52,957 bases of DNA from a virus (IMGVR_UViG_3300037478_000397:1-52957); one strand, 5' to 3'; shown: positions 8,865 to 19,175, numbered from the stretch's first letter. A program made the numbers and translations. The notes: generated from the sequence alone by a model not told the origin.

Positions 8865-10174
8865 TCGAACCGATTTGCTTCCGGTGTGGCAAAGGCACTA
8901 TCAGTTCGTGCGAGTGCGACGGCGGCCCGCGACTCTGGGACGTCGACGCGGATACGGACCGCCACAATGCCGTCCGGTTCTACGCCACGTTGGCCGCAAT
9001 TGCCGTCGCAGTTATCGTGTTGTTTGTGCGGCCATGCTTTAGTCAAGAGCGTCTACCAATGTCTCCCCACGCCGCGCATCATGCGGCGGTGGTTCGCATC
9101 CGCGTTGGCAACAACGGCGGTAGCGGCACACTGATTACTGAATCAATCGTTTTGACTTGTGCCCACGTCACCGATGGAGCGCCTTCGGCGGTGGTGACGT
9201 TCAGCGACGGCCAGCAAGTACAGGGCAACGTGATTGGCCAATCGCGCGGGCCGGACGTGGCGGCAATCCAGATTCCCGCACAGACGGGCCGCGTCACGAT
9301 TCCCCTCTGCGCGGACAGCGAATATCCAGTGCGGGGCAACGAGGTGGAAATTGTCGGCTATGGCGGCGGTGACTTTCGGCATTGGTTCGCGACGGTCAAC
9401 GGGTATGCAATCACGCCAGGCGTCAACAAGGCGCAGACGCTCGCCGCCAATTCGCAGCTTATCGGCGGTGATTCAGGCGGCGCGATCGTCTGGCAGGGCA
9501 AGCTCGTTGGCGTGGCTTGGGGTGGGCCGTTGGCCGGACCCCGCGGCCCGATGATCGAAGCCCGCGGTTGTTCGCACGTCTGCATAACCGGCCTCTTAGG
9601 ACGTTGGGGGTGCGGGCCGGGTAGTTGTCCTCCACCCTCTGGCTCTGGTCCAGGGCCGACGTATCCGGGAGCACCGCTGCCGCCCGCGCCGGGCGCGCCC
9701 GTGCCACAACCACCGACGCCGCCACCGCCGCCAATCGACCTCGCCGGAATTACAGACCGGCTGGCCGCGATTGAGGCGGCAATCAACAACATCAAGCCAA
9801 TCCCCGGCCCGCAAGGACCGCCAGGCTTGGACGGCAAAGATGGCGCCGACGGCCGCACGCCGAAGTTCGAAGTCGACGACCGTGGCAATGCCTACGTCGA
9901 CGGCGTGTTGAACGCGAACATCAAAGGCCCGAAGGGCGACCCCGGACCGGCCGCCGAGATTGACTACGCCCAACTTGCGGATGAAGTCGTCAAACGTCTG
10001 CCCCCGATTTACATCCGCGAGCCCGGCCAGCCGACGCGAGAAATTTACCTCGGTGGCGAACTGCCTCCGTTCGTGACGGAGCTTCAGCGGCCGGGCGGAG
10101 TGAAGCGGCGCGACGTGTACCTCGGCGGCCGATTGCCGCTTGAAATACATCCAATCGACGTGCAGGCACCATAA
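8861..10174 (+). CDS. Trypsin-like serine protease with TM anchor and collagen-like repeats
   Basis: GSGTLI, LTCAHV, DVAAI, GDSGG triad motifs; GPQGPPGLDGKDGADG. Confidence 0.9.
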   Translation: MIEPICFRCGKGTISSCECDGGPRLWDVDADTDRHNAVRFYATLAAIAVAVIVLFVRPCFSQERLPMSPHAAHHAAVVRIRVGNNGGSGTLITESIVLTCAHVTDGAPSAVVTFSDGQQVQGNVIGQSRGPDVAAIQIPAQTGRVTIPLCADSEYPVRGNEVEIVGYGGGDFRHWFATVNGYAITPGVNKAQTLAANSQLIGGDSGGAIVWQGKLVGVAWGGPLAGPRGPMIEARGCSHVCITGLLGRWGCGPGSCPPPSGSGPGPTYPGAPLPPAPGAPVPQPPTPPPPPIDLAGITDRLAAIEAAINNIKPIPGPQGPPGLDGKDGADGRTPKFEVDDRGNAYVDGVLNANIKGPKGDPGPAAEIDYAQLADEVVKRLPPIYIREPGQPTREIYLGGELPPFVTELQRPGGVKRRDVYLGGRLPLEIHPIDVQAP

Positions 10175-10507
10175 ATGCCCAACGATGACCCGCTCGTGAT
10201 TAACGAGCCAAACCCTGTTGACGGGACTCCCCCCGTCGACACTGACCCCGAAGAGGAAAACCCGATGGCAGAAATTCTTGATGTTCCCACTGGCATTCAG
10301 CAGCAGGCCCTTGCTCGCCTGAGCAGCGCTGGCACCCAGGCCCACGAACACTTCGTGACGTTCGGAAAAATCCTTGACCTGTCCTTCGAGATCGACCGCA
10401 AGGTGGTTTCGCTGCCGGCGTCGCTTGGCGTCCGCGAAGTGACCAGCCAAGCAGGGCAAACCGGCATCCCGCTGGCCGGAGGAATCGCCAGAGCACCTGG
10501 CACGTAA
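10175..10507 (+). CDS. Hypothetical protein (start possibly at 10265)
   Basis: Operon packing; GAGG before MAEILD. Confidence 0.6.
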   Translation: MPNDDPLVINEPNPVDGTPPVDTDPEEENPMAEILDVPTGIQQQALARLSSAGTQAHEHFVTFGKILDLSFEIDRKVVSLPASLGVREVTSQAGQTGIPLAGGIARAPGT

Positions 10508-10658
10508 GCTATGGACCCGCTCGATGAAATTGCGGCCTTAGCGGCAGAGGCGTCGGAACGCTTCGCCGCTGAGTCGGCAGAGATCGACCAAGCGTATCGC
10601 GACGGCCGGTTGCATGAGTGGATTGACGCAAAGCTTGCGGAGTTGAAAGGTGGCGACG

Positions 10659-11219
10659 ATGCCGACGACGGAGAATCCAACGACGGAGATTCCGGCAGCG
10701 GAGATTCCGGCGGACCTACAAGCGGTGCTTGACACCGTTACCACTGATGACACATGGCGAGAAAAATTCAAGCGCCATTGGTTACAACTTCGTGGGCTTG
10801 GCTGGCAGGGCATGATGCTTGACAAAGTGATGAGGCAAAACGCCATGACTCGCAATCTTGCACAGCGCGTAGCGGACGGCACGTTAGGCAAAGAGCAAGC
10901 CGGCGGCGCGGTGGTGGAGGATGATATGGGCATCCGTATCGGCGACGAAATCGTCAACTACCACTACGCCCCGCCCACCGTGCCCCTTACCAGCGACCCG
11001 CAACCACAACCACCGTCTGCGCCGCCACCCGCCGCCCCAGCCGCATCGGGCACAACCCCGACGTGGCTGAAGGCGGCGCTGGTGGGCGCTGGCGTCGCGG
11101 GGCTTGTCGGCGGCGGCGCTGCGATTCCGATAGTTGCGGATTGGCTTGGCGGCGACGATAAGCCGGCGGTCGTTTCGCCGGATACGGATACGTCGGTGAC
11201 TTTGGACTTTGGCGAATAA
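10659..11219 (+). CDS. Membrane protein with Pro-rich linker
   Basis: C-terminal TM WLKAALVGAGVAGLVGGGAAI. Confidence 0.65.
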   Translation: MPTTENPTTEIPAAEIPADLQAVLDTVTTDDTWREKFKRHWLQLRGLGWQGMMLDKVMRQNAMTRNLAQRVADGTLGKEQAGGAVVEDDMGIRIGDEIVNYHYAPPTVPLTSDPQPQPPSAPPPAAPAASGTTPTWLKAALVGAGVAGLVGGGAAIPIVADWLGGDDKPAVVSPDTDTSVTLDFGE

Positions 11220-11223
11220 CCGC

Positions 11224-11886
11224 ATGACCGCAATCCTTCCAGATCGAAAATTCGGCCGCGTGCGGATCGTTGACCGCCGCGACGCGAAGCACTTGATCGG
11301 CGCGGCGGCGAGCCATCGCCGTCGACGCTACTGGAATTGTTCGTGGTGCGGCGACCAGGGGAGCAGTCCCTCCTGCGTCGGCTACGCATGGGGACACTGG
11401 CTTGCCGTCACACCGCGGCCGACCTATATCGACTGCGACGGCGTGTACGGGTTGTGTTTGTATCTCGACGAATGGGACGGCGAAGAGGACGAAGGGACAA
11501 GCGTGCGGGCCGGCGCGAAGTTGATGAATCGCGTCGGAATTCTGAGGGAATACCGTTGGGCGCGAACGAAAGACGCATTGATCTACGCGCTGCTCGAAGA
11601 GGGGCCGATCGTCGCCGGAACGGAGTGGCAGGCCAATATGGACGAGCCTGGCAGCGGCAACGTTATTGCGATTGGCGGCGAGAACTACGGCGGTCACGCT
11701 TACCTTGTCGACGGCGTGAACATCGATACCGGCTTGGCTCGCATCAAGTGTGCATGGTGGGTTGATGGCAAGCCGTGGGGAGAGAACGGCCGGGTATTCA
11801 TTGATATCGACAATTTGTGGCGGCTGATAAAAGACGGCGGCGAGGCGTGCTTGGGGGTGAAGGCGAACGTGCGGAAACTGGCGTAA
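11224..11886 (+). CDS. Papain-like (C1-type) cysteine peptidase
   Basis: DQGSSPSCVGYAW, EGTSVRAG, GGHAY, WGENG. Confidence 0.85.
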   Translation: MTAILPDRKFGRVRIVDRRDAKHLIGAAASHRRRRYWNCSWCGDQGSSPSCVGYAWGHWLAVTPRPTYIDCDGVYGLCLYLDEWDGEEDEGTSVRAGAKLMNRVGILREYRWARTKDALIYALLEEGPIVAGTEWQANMDEPGSGNVIAIGGENYGGHAYLVDGVNIDTGLARIKCAWWVDGKPWGENGRVFIDIDNLWRLIKDGGEACLGVKANVRKLA

Positions 11887-11906
11887 CAAACCGGGAGGAC
11901 ATTCCC

Positions 11907-12074
11907 ATGAGTGCAGGCATTTGGTTTTGGATCATCTTCGTCATTTGCTTGGTGTTTGGGCTTTGGAACGAGTGGCCCAAGGACAACAACTTCAGGCCGC
12001 TAGGGGGCCGGCTGGTTATCTACATCCTGTTGGGTTTGTTGGGTTGGGGCGTATTTGGTCCCCCGATTAACTGA
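11907..12074 (+). CDS. Two-TM small protein, holin candidate
   Basis: GGAGG RBS; two hydrophobic helices in 55 aa. Confidence 0.55.
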   Translation: MSAGIWFWIIFVICLVFGLWNEWPKDNNFRPLGGRLVIYILLGLLGWGVFGPPIN

Positions 12075-12147
12075 CTAGGTGTTTCGCTTCGTTGTGATCT
12101 GTGGCGGAGTGGATGACGGAGCACGGGCATACACGGGAGTAACGAAA

Positions 12148-12414
12148 ATGTTTCACGCGAAAGACGGCTTGTATTTCGAGCGGCAGGCGGACGGCGGCGT
12201 TCGGGTGCTGGTGAAAGCCGATGCGCACGAAGAGGCCGCGACGCTCAGGGAAGTCATCGTCGACGCCGATTCGTGGGCCAGCGTCATTGCGAACATGAGC
12301 TACTACGGCGAGGAGGATTACGGCTTCTATCGAGCATCGAATTTTCACAGCGGAACGAAGCTGCGAGAGTCAACGCCGCTGAAAGACAAGCCGCCGCTGT
12401 GGACGGTGAAGTGA
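12148..12414 (+). CDS. Hypothetical protein
   Basis: GGGAG RBS; MFHAKDGLYFER. Confidence 0.6.
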   Translation: MFHAKDGLYFERQADGGVRVLVKADAHEEAATLREVIVDADSWASVIANMSYYGEEDYGFYRASNFHSGTKLRESTPLKDKPPLWTVK

Positions 12415-12898
12415 ACCACTACCCTCCTAGCCTCGGCAGAGCCGGGGGCAAGGATGTAAACGGGGCATGACGCCCCAAGGTTTTTCTCCAGGGGACTATC
12501 CGCGTGTGCACTTCAACAACCGTGACGTTTGATTCTCCGTCGGAAGCAGAGTTGGCGGAGTGGTACGAACTCGCGGTGGCTGCGGCGGAAGTCGCAGATG
12601 CCGCGGCCGTCGCGGCCAGCCCAAGGGAGGAGGTGATCCAATCTGCTCGGAAGCAAGTGTTTACGACCGATTCCCCATCGTGAAAGGACTCCACCCCATG
12701 CCAGCCATCGACGAAATAGCCGAAGCCGTCCATTCGATTGATGCGCGGCTCGCCGACCTGGAAACCGAAGAGGACCGCTACCGCGTGCGGCAGATGCTCG
12801 GCGGGTGCTTGAATCACCTGGCAGAGAATTCGCCGGCGGAAGAGTGGATTGACGTACCACCGCAGGAAATCAATCAGCAGTAACATCGGCCCGCCGGC

Positions 12899-13159
12899 GT
12901 GCAACGAACACAACCGGCGGACCTGACCCCCGATGAGCAGGCACCGGGAGCTAACCACGTGGAACAACCAGATGAACGCTATATCATCCATCGGCCGGAT
13001 GAAAGGGACACGAGCGACCGACTCGATAACCTGGAGCGCCGTCATGCGCGGTGGGAAGGAATCTGGATCGGCTTCGGCGCGGCGCTTGCTCTGATATCGG
13101 GGCTCGTATTCATCATCCTCGGAATTCTCAATTCACTACTCGAAAGGATCGGAAACTAA
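12899..13159 (+). CDS. Small membrane protein (XhlA/holin-like layout)
   Basis: RLDNLE coiled coil followed by one TM helix; start uncertain. Confidence 0.45.
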   Translation: MQRTQPADLTPDEQAPGANHVEQPDERYIIHRPDERDTSDRLDNLERRHARWEGIWIGFGAALALISGLVFIILGILNSLLERIGN

Positions 13160-13605
13160 TGACCGCGATTTGCCTGACCATCGGCGGCGCGATGCTCGCG
13201 CTTGGTGGCATGATGTGGGACATTCGCGTTCGCGGCTGGCGGCTGCATTACGCGCCTGCCATCGTGGTTGGCGGCCTCGGGATTCTGTTGTGTTGTGGGA
13301 GCGCGATTTGGAGCGGCGTGGCGAAGCTGAACGTCGACGTTGGAGCGTTGACGGTCGAGGGTCTAGCGTCGGCCGTCGAGCCTGGACGGTCGAGGTTCGA
13401 ACCTCCAGCGTCGAGCGTCGAGGGTCCATTATCGAGGTTCGAACCTGTCTACCTATCGGCCGTGAGCGACGATTCGCTTTACCATTTTCAGGGCTGCCGC
13501 TACGAAAAGCAGCTTGCGGAACATTACAAGCGAGAGTACCCGTCTGCGGAAGCGGCGCGGGCCGCGGGACACTCACCGTGCCAATGGTGCGAGAGGGGGC
13601 CATGA
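13159..13605 (+). CDS. Membrane protein with C-terminal Ada-type metal-binding domain
   Basis: Two TM helices; YHFQGC...SAEAARAAGHSPCQWC. Confidence 0.75.
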   Translation: MTAICLTIGGAMLALGGMMWDIRVRGWRLHYAPAIVVGGLGILLCCGSAIWSGVAKLNVDVGALTVEGLASAVEPGRSRFEPPASSVEGPLSRFEPVYLSAVSDDSLYHFQGCRYEKQLAEHYKREYPSAEAARAAGHSPCQWCERGP

Positions 13606-13859
13606 GCCTAGAAGCCATCCTACTCGCCGCCGTCGCCGTGCTGAACGCTGTTGTCGGCGTACTGAGCGGCGTTGTGGCGTTAATCGTCACTCGCCGCGGC
13701 CACAAGATCGAAGTGGCGATCACTGACAACACCAAACAAATCAACCACAACACGGAAGAAATGATTCGCGTCAGCAACGAGGCAGCGTTCGCCAGAGGAA
13801 AACTTGAAGAGCGGGACGAGCAAGCGGCGCGGGACGCGAAGGATGAGGAAGCAAGTTGA
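13602..13859 (+). CDS. Single-TM protein, holin candidate
   Basis: N-terminal hydrophobic helix, charged C-terminus; ATGA overlap. Confidence 0.5.
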   Translation: MSLEAILLAAVAVLNAVVGVLSGVVALIVTRRGHKIEVAITDNTKQINHNTEEMIRVSNEAAFARGKLEERDEQAARDAKDEEAS

Positions 13860-14017
13860 CACAACCCCTAGCGACCAAACGGAGACAGCATCGGCCGGTC
13901 GGCCCACTCCAACCTGACGATTTTGTAACCAGTCGTTAGGGGTTTTTATTATTTCCCGTTTTGCCGCAACATCGGCGGCGGGGGTTGATGCAGCGAGCGT
14001 GTGAGGAAAGGTGAAAC

Positions 14018-14269
14018 ATGGCAGTAACATTCAAATTTCGTCGCGTACCAGAAGAGAACGCCGAACATCCGGCCGCGTTTGAATTCGAGCTACAACCCGG
14101 CCAGCAGGTAGCCGTCGTCCATGAGCAAAGACCGTCGCGTGACATCGACCCGGAAACCGGCCTCCCGATTATGGAAGTCGTCAAGACGTTCGTGCGGGTC
14201 TATATGACCGATGACAACGCGAAGGACGTGGCCGACGCCGTGCGCCGGGACGCTCCCACTAGAGGCTAA
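14018..14269 (+). CDS. Hypothetical protein
   Basis: AAGGTG RBS; first gene after a terminator-like structure. Confidence 0.65.
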   Translation: MAVTFKFRRVPEENAEHPAAFEFELQPGQQVAVVHEQRPSRDIDPETGLPIMEVVKTFVRVYMTDDNAKDVADAVRRDAPTRG

Positions 14270-14271
14270 AG

Positions 14272-15120
14272 ATGGCTTTCCCAGTTGTCGAATCCCGCAC
14301 TACAACCGCGTTTGCGTCGGCTAGTACGACGCACAACGTAGCGATGCCGGCGACGGTCGCGGCTGGGGATTTGCTGCTGATTTTGTTTGCCTGCATGGGC
14401 GGCAATCCAACAGTCACAACTCCTAGTGGATGGGTGTTGCTGCAAAACTCTGCATCAGAACCTTTTATTCATTCAACGTTGTTTGCGAAAACCGCTGACG
14501 GAAGCGAGGGCGGCACAACCGTCAACGTAGTTACCAGTCTATCAAAAACGGCCGCTGTTCATGTACTCAGGATTTCAGGATGGGGCGGGTTTTTGTCTTC
14601 GACAATAGCGGCGGCTTCCGCTGGCACTAACCCCGACCCCCCAAGCGTATCAACACCTTGGGGCACGTCAGACAATCTATGGATTGCCATTACCGCGAAC
14701 GGCGACGACGACCAAGCTGTTACAGGATTTCCTACGAGCTATTCTAGCGGAGCATACACGTTATCAGGCGGTGGAACAAACAACGGGCCAGTCATTGCAT
14801 CGGCCTATCGAAACAATGCCACTGTTACGGAAAACCCCGGCACATTCACCATTGCATCGAGCGAATCCTTTTTTGCGTCCACGATTGGAATCAAACCAGG
14901 GCCTTTGCCAACAGCAGCCGCGGATTACCCCAGCGAAAACGATGTTCGTGACGGCGTAACTTTCAACAGCGGTGCCTCAGAGGGCAACCTTGTTCTGCCG
15001 GCAGAGGAAGACGTAGAGAGCGGCGTTCAATACGGCACGGCCGGGACAGAGTTTACGGGCACGTTGACTGCGGGCGGCGGCGGTGGTCGACAACTCGTTG
15101 ACGGGGGGCTTGTCGCATGA
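14272..15120 (+). CDS. Putative accessory virion protein (beta-rich)
   Basis: T/S/G-rich; AGDLLL..TPSGW motif; tandem PxExDVxxGVxY repeats. Confidence 0.6.
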   Translation: MAFPVVESRTTTAFASASTTHNVAMPATVAAGDLLLILFACMGGNPTVTTPSGWVLLQNSASEPFIHSTLFAKTADGSEGGTTVNVVTSLSKTAAVHVLRISGWGGFLSSTIAAASAGTNPDPPSVSTPWGTSDNLWIAITANGDDDQAVTGFPTSYSSGAYTLSGGGTNNGPVIASAYRNNATVTENPGTFTIASSESFFASTIGIKPGPLPTAAADYPSENDVRDGVTFNSGASEGNLVLPAEEDVESGVQYGTAGTEFTGTLTAGGGGGRQLVDGGLVA

Positions 15121-16886
15121 GAGACCTCGGAAACCGTACCGAAGATTCGACCATCGACTTCGCCTTCCACACGACGGCCGCAGACGGCACGCCCACGACG
15201 TTATCCGGCACGCCGGCAATCAGCGTCTACAAAGCCAACGGCACAACGCAAAGCGGGGCGGGCGTCACGCTGACGGCCGACTTCGATTCCGTCACTGGAC
15301 TGAACCACGTTCGTATCGACACGTCTGCCGATGCGTTCTACGCGGTGGCCAGCGATTACATCGTAGTTATCACGACCGGCACGGTGGACGGAACCAGCGT
15401 TGTCGGCGCGGTGGTTGCGACGTTCTCGATCGAGAATCGCTTTGACGAGGTGGACGTGACGAAGATCGGCGGCGTTGCTCAATCCGCCACCGACCTGAAA
15501 CACTTCGCCGATTCCGGCTACGACCCCGCCACAGGCAAGGTGCAAGGCGTGGTGCTGGTGGATACCACAACGACCAACACAGACATGCGAGGCACCAACT
15601 CCGCCGCATTGGCCAGCGTTTGCACCGAAACCCGACTTGCCGAACTCGACGCGGCCAACCTGCCAGCGGACGTGGATACGCTGCTAAGCCGAATCACGTC
15701 GACACTGTTCAGCGGCATCACGTCTTTAGCACAGTGGCTTGGATTGCTCGCCGGCAAGCAGACCCCGAACGCCACGGCGCTAACCGAGATCAAAGCAACG
15801 GGCGCCGGTAGCGGCACGTATGACGCCACGGCTCACAGCAATGAAGCCTTGCGCGACCGGGGCGATTCGGCATGGATAACGGCGACCGGGTTCAGTACGT
15901 TCGACGCATCGACAGACAAGGTGTTGCTTGCCGACGGGGCGCACGGGGGAAGTGCGGCGACGATCACACTACAAAGCGTGGCCCTAAATCAAAATTCAAG
16001 CAGCCCGGCTATCACTGTGAGCAATGCGGGGACAGGGCCGGGTTTATTCTGGTTCACGAATTCGGGGAGTTGCGTCAAGTATACGTCGATGTCTGGATTG
16101 GCTTTAGAGGCAACGTCTGCTTCAAGCCTCGCCGGACTCACAACTGACATCACTGGCAATTTATCCGGCAGTGTCGGCAGTGTAGTCGAATGGGAAGACG
16201 GCGGGCGGCTGGACTTGATTCTGGATATCATTGCAGCCGACGTTGTGAACCTGGACGGCGATGCAATGCGGGGGACAGATAACGCATCGACACATTCCGC
16301 CGCCGACGTTGAAGCCGCCATCCTGGACGAAGGCGACGCCACGGCACTACTCGCCGCTATCGCAGCCAAGGTGGAAGAATTTCTGATTAACGAAGGTGAT
16401 GCAACCGCAACACTCGTAGCTATCGCAGCCGCTATCCGAACGGAACTGGCAACAGAACTTGGCCGCATCGACGCCGCGATAAGCACTCGTTCAAGCCACA
16501 CTGCCGCCGCCGTCAACACCGCAGTCGAAGCTGGCGCAGTAGGCACGGCAGCCGCCGCCATCCAAGCGAAAACCGATCAACTCAATTTCACTGGCACCGA
16601 CGTAAAGGCCACGCTCGACGGCGAGACAGTAACAGCAACGACCGTCAGCGATAAGACGGGCTACTCGCTCGCCGCAACAGGACTCGACGCAATTGCCGCG
16701 ACCACGCCAATCGGCGTAGCCACGACGTTCGCCACGAAAATGATGCAACTCTGGGCGCGATTCTTCGGGCGTACCACGAAAGACAGCGACGAGATGAAAA
16801 CGTATCGCAGCGATGGCACTACGGTTGCGACAACCCAAACCTACACTTCATCGGGCGACGACGAAGACGTCAGCGCTGCAAGCTAA
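15117..16886 (+). CDS. Putative fibre-like virion protein
   Basis: 589 aa, A/T/G/D-rich; internal repeat EGDATA; ITGNLSGSVGSV. Confidence 0.6.
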   Translation: MRDLGNRTEDSTIDFAFHTTAADGTPTTLSGTPAISVYKANGTTQSGAGVTLTADFDSVTGLNHVRIDTSADAFYAVASDYIVVITTGTVDGTSVVGAVVATFSIENRFDEVDVTKIGGVAQSATDLKHFADSGYDPATGKVQGVVLVDTTTTNTDMRGTNSAALASVCTETRLAELDAANLPADVDTLLSRITSTLFSGITSLAQWLGLLAGKQTPNATALTEIKATGAGSGTYDATAHSNEALRDRGDSAWITATGFSTFDASTDKVLLADGAHGGSAATITLQSVALNQNSSSPAITVSNAGTGPGLFWFTNSGSCVKYTSMSGLALEATSASSLAGLTTDITGNLSGSVGSVVEWEDGGRLDLILDIIAADVVNLDGDAMRGTDNASTHSAADVEAAILDEGDATALLAAIAAKVEEFLINEGDATATLVAIAAAIRTELATELGRIDAAISTRSSHTAAAVNTAVEAGAVGTAAAAIQAKTDQLNFTGTDVKATLDGETVTATTVSDKTGYSLAATGLDAIAATTPIGVATTFATKMMQLWARFFGRTTKDSDEMKTYRSDGTTVATTQTYTSSGDDEDVSAAS

Positions 16887-17140
16887 TGGCATTGTCACTT
16901 ACCAGCTTGACGCTGTTGCAACCGCCGTTTGTTTTGCAGGGTGTTGCTGTCGAGCCAATTGGCGGCGAAGTCGACGCTCTAGCCTACACGCGCCCGACGG
17001 TACGCGGGCGAGCCTTTGCAGGGCCAACCGCGACCGGAAAGTTACATGCGTTAGCAAGCGTACATGGGCGAGTGTTTGCGACCCCAACCGTGGCTGGGAT
17101 TGCAAGGGTCGACGAATCGGTGAAAGGAACAATCCAATGA
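16886..17140 (+). CDS. Hypothetical protein
   Basis: TAATG overlap; PTxxG repeats. Confidence 0.55.
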   Translation: MALSLTSLTLLQPPFVLQGVAVEPIGGEVDALAYTRPTVRGRAFAGPTATGKLHALASVHGRVFATPTVAGIARVDESVKGTIQ

Positions 17141-17490
17141 GCGATGAGCAAGAACTCAACATCCTTTCGGACACCGATCTAATTTGGGAATCGCCCACAC
17201 TTCGGGACGGAACGATCGTCACCACGGCCGCGGTGACGGCGCAGGTGTACAATGCAACTGACAACGAGGAAGTCGGCGGCGAGGTGACGTTGACCTACGA
17301 TTCCACGCTGAAGGAATGGCGCGGCGTGTTTGAAGATCCGGCTGTCGACGACGCTGAAGCGGATGACGCGCTGGTTGCCGGCGGGCGGTATTACATCGAG
17401 TACACGCTTGCGGGGACTGAGGACTTCGACGGCGTGGACGATCATCGAACAGTTTGGGCGGTTGCGGTGCGAAGGGGAGTAGGGCCGTGA
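17137..17490 (+). CDS. Acidic Ig-like/adaptor-type hypothetical protein
   Basis: ATGA overlap, AAGGA RBS, GRYYIEY. Confidence 0.55.
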   Translation: MSDEQELNILSDTDLIWESPTLRDGTIVTTAAVTAQVYNATDNEEVGGEVTLTYDSTLKEWRGVFEDPAVDDAEADDALVAGGRYYIEYTLAGTEDFDGVDDHRTVWAVAVRRGVGP

Positions 17491-17517
17491 ACTGTGGTAA
17501 GTTGGCAAGAAGGATAT

Positions 17518-17892
17518 ATGAGTGACTCAACTCCACAAAAACCGGAGGATTCTAAGCCCTTGCGCGGGGGGTTGGGGGGCGGTAACGACCGAGTCGACAA
17601 CGGCCTGACGGCGATCAAAGACTTACGTGTGACTGCCGAGGCGGTGCGGAATGGCTGGGCGATTCCTGATGGCGTTTTGGAAGTGTTGCCCGCAGAGGTA
17701 ACGCGAATGTTTTTGAACAAGAATTTAGGCGCACGCGAGCGACTTCGAGCGGCGGAAACGATAATGAAAATGCACGCTCAAAACCAAGAACACGTTGCTG
17801 GCCGCAGTAGCGATGCCGGCACTACGAAGGTTCCCAGTGCCGACGAATCGGCAGACGCAATGGACGAGACGGTTCCAGGGGCTGCCGAATGA
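17518..17892 (+). CDS. Putative terminase small subunit
   Basis: Position before the ParB-MTase/terL block; helical RERLRAAETI segment; inference only. Confidence 0.4.
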   Translation: MSDSTPQKPEDSKPLRGGLGGGNDRVDNGLTAIKDLRVTAEAVRNGWAIPDGVLEVLPAEVTRMFLNKNLGARERLRAAETIMKMHAQNQEHVAGRSSDAGTTKVPSADESADAMDETVPGAAE

Positions 17893-19175
17893 ATATCCGC
17901 GACCGCATCGTAGAACTTCGCCGCGTGCCAGCGGGTGAACTGCTGCCGAATCCGAAAAACTGGCGGCAACATCCGGCTGGGCAGGCGGATGCCTTGCGCG
18001 GCGTGCTTTCCGAGGTTGGCTATGTGGACGCACTGCTGGCCCGTGAGACGCCGCGCGGGCTGATGCTGCTCGACGGTCACTTGCGGGCGGAAACGACGCC
18101 TGACGCCATTGTGCCCGTCCTGGTTGTGGACGTGACTGACGCCGAGGCCGACAAGATTCTCGCGACGTTCGATCCTTTGAGCGCCATGGCGGAAGCCGAT
18201 GCCGGCAAGCTTGACGCTTTGCTTCGCGAGGTCGAGACAGGGAGCGAGTCGCTGGCGGCGATGCTCGATGAGTTGGCGAAGGACGCGGGCTGCGAGTGGG
18301 CGAAAGAGAACGGCGAGGTGGTCGAGGACGAGGTGCCGGAGCCGCCGGTTGACCCGGTTACGAAGCCGGGCGACTTGTGGTTGTTGGGGGAGCATCGGTT
18401 GTTGTGTGGGGATTCGACCGACGCTGCCACGGTTGATCGTCTGTTTGCAGGGGGTCGCGCGAGCTTGCTGTTTACGTCGCCGCCCTACGGTCAACAGCGA
18501 GACTACGGCAAGGCGAAAGAACTGGTCAAGGACTGGGACGGGTTGATGCGAGGCGTCTTTCAGCACGCGGCCCGCGTTATGGAACCCGATGGGCAGGTGC
18601 TTGTGAATCTCGGATTGATTCACCGGGACGGCGAGTGGATTCCGTATTGGGACGGGTGGATTGCTTGGATGCGCGAGCAGGGATGGCGGCGGTTCGGCTG
18701 GTACGTGTGGGACCAAGGAAGTGGCTTGCCGGGTGACTGGAATGGAAGGCTTGCGCCTTCCCATGAGTTTGTGTTTCACTTCAACCGCTCTACCGTTCGG
18801 CCACGTAAATCGGTAGCGAAGAAAGCCACCAGCGGTCCGATGGGGACGAACATAAGAAGCAGGAATGGACGCAACGCCAAGCCGAGTAGCGTATGCCGCG
18901 ACACCAATAAAATTCTCGATTCAGTGATTCGCGCCAACCGCAATTCGTCTCACGGAACGGGACACCCAGCGACATTCCCAGTTACCTTTGCCGCCGCAAT
19001 GCTTGAAGCATGGCCCGGCCTCACCTACGAACCCTTCGCCGGCAGCGGCACCACAATCATTGCCGCCGAGCAACTCAACCGCCGCTGCTACGCCATCGAA
19101 ATAGAACCTCGTTACGTGGACGTTTGCATCCAACGCTGGGAAACCCTCACCGGCCGCAAGGCGGAACTAGCATGA
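17889..19175 (+). CDS. ParB-N domain / N6-N4 DNA methyltransferase fusion
   Basis: PNPKNWRQH, LLDGHLR; GDLWLLGEHRLLCGDS; TSPPY; HPATFP; EPFAGSGTT. Confidence 0.92.
   Translation: MNIRDRIVELRRVPAGELLPNPKNWRQHPAGQADALRGVLSEVGYVDALLARETPRGLMLLDGHLRAETTPDAIVPVLVVDVTDAEADKILATFDPLSAMAEADAGKLDALLREVETGSESLAAMLDELAKDAGCEWAKENGEVVEDEVPEPPVDPVTKPGDLWLLGEHRLLCGDSTDAATVDRLFAGGRASLLFTSPPYGQQRDYGKAKELVKDWDGLMRGVFQHAARVMEPDGQVLVNLGLIHRDGEWIPYWDGWIAWMREQGWRRFGWYVWDQGSGLPGDWNGRLAPSHEFVFHFNRSTVRPRKSVAKKATSGPMGTNIRSRNGRNAKPSSVCRDTNKILDSVIRANRNSSHGTGHPATFPVTFAAAMLEAWPGLTYEPFAGSGTTIIAAEQLNRRCYAIEIEPRYVDVCIQRWETLTGRKAELA

Noticed and set aside
18363-18389. Gapped self-match of array 3 to the MTase gene (K-P-G-D-L-W codons)
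   Set aside because: Only 6 of the first 9 dinucleotides match and the rest fail; compatible with chance
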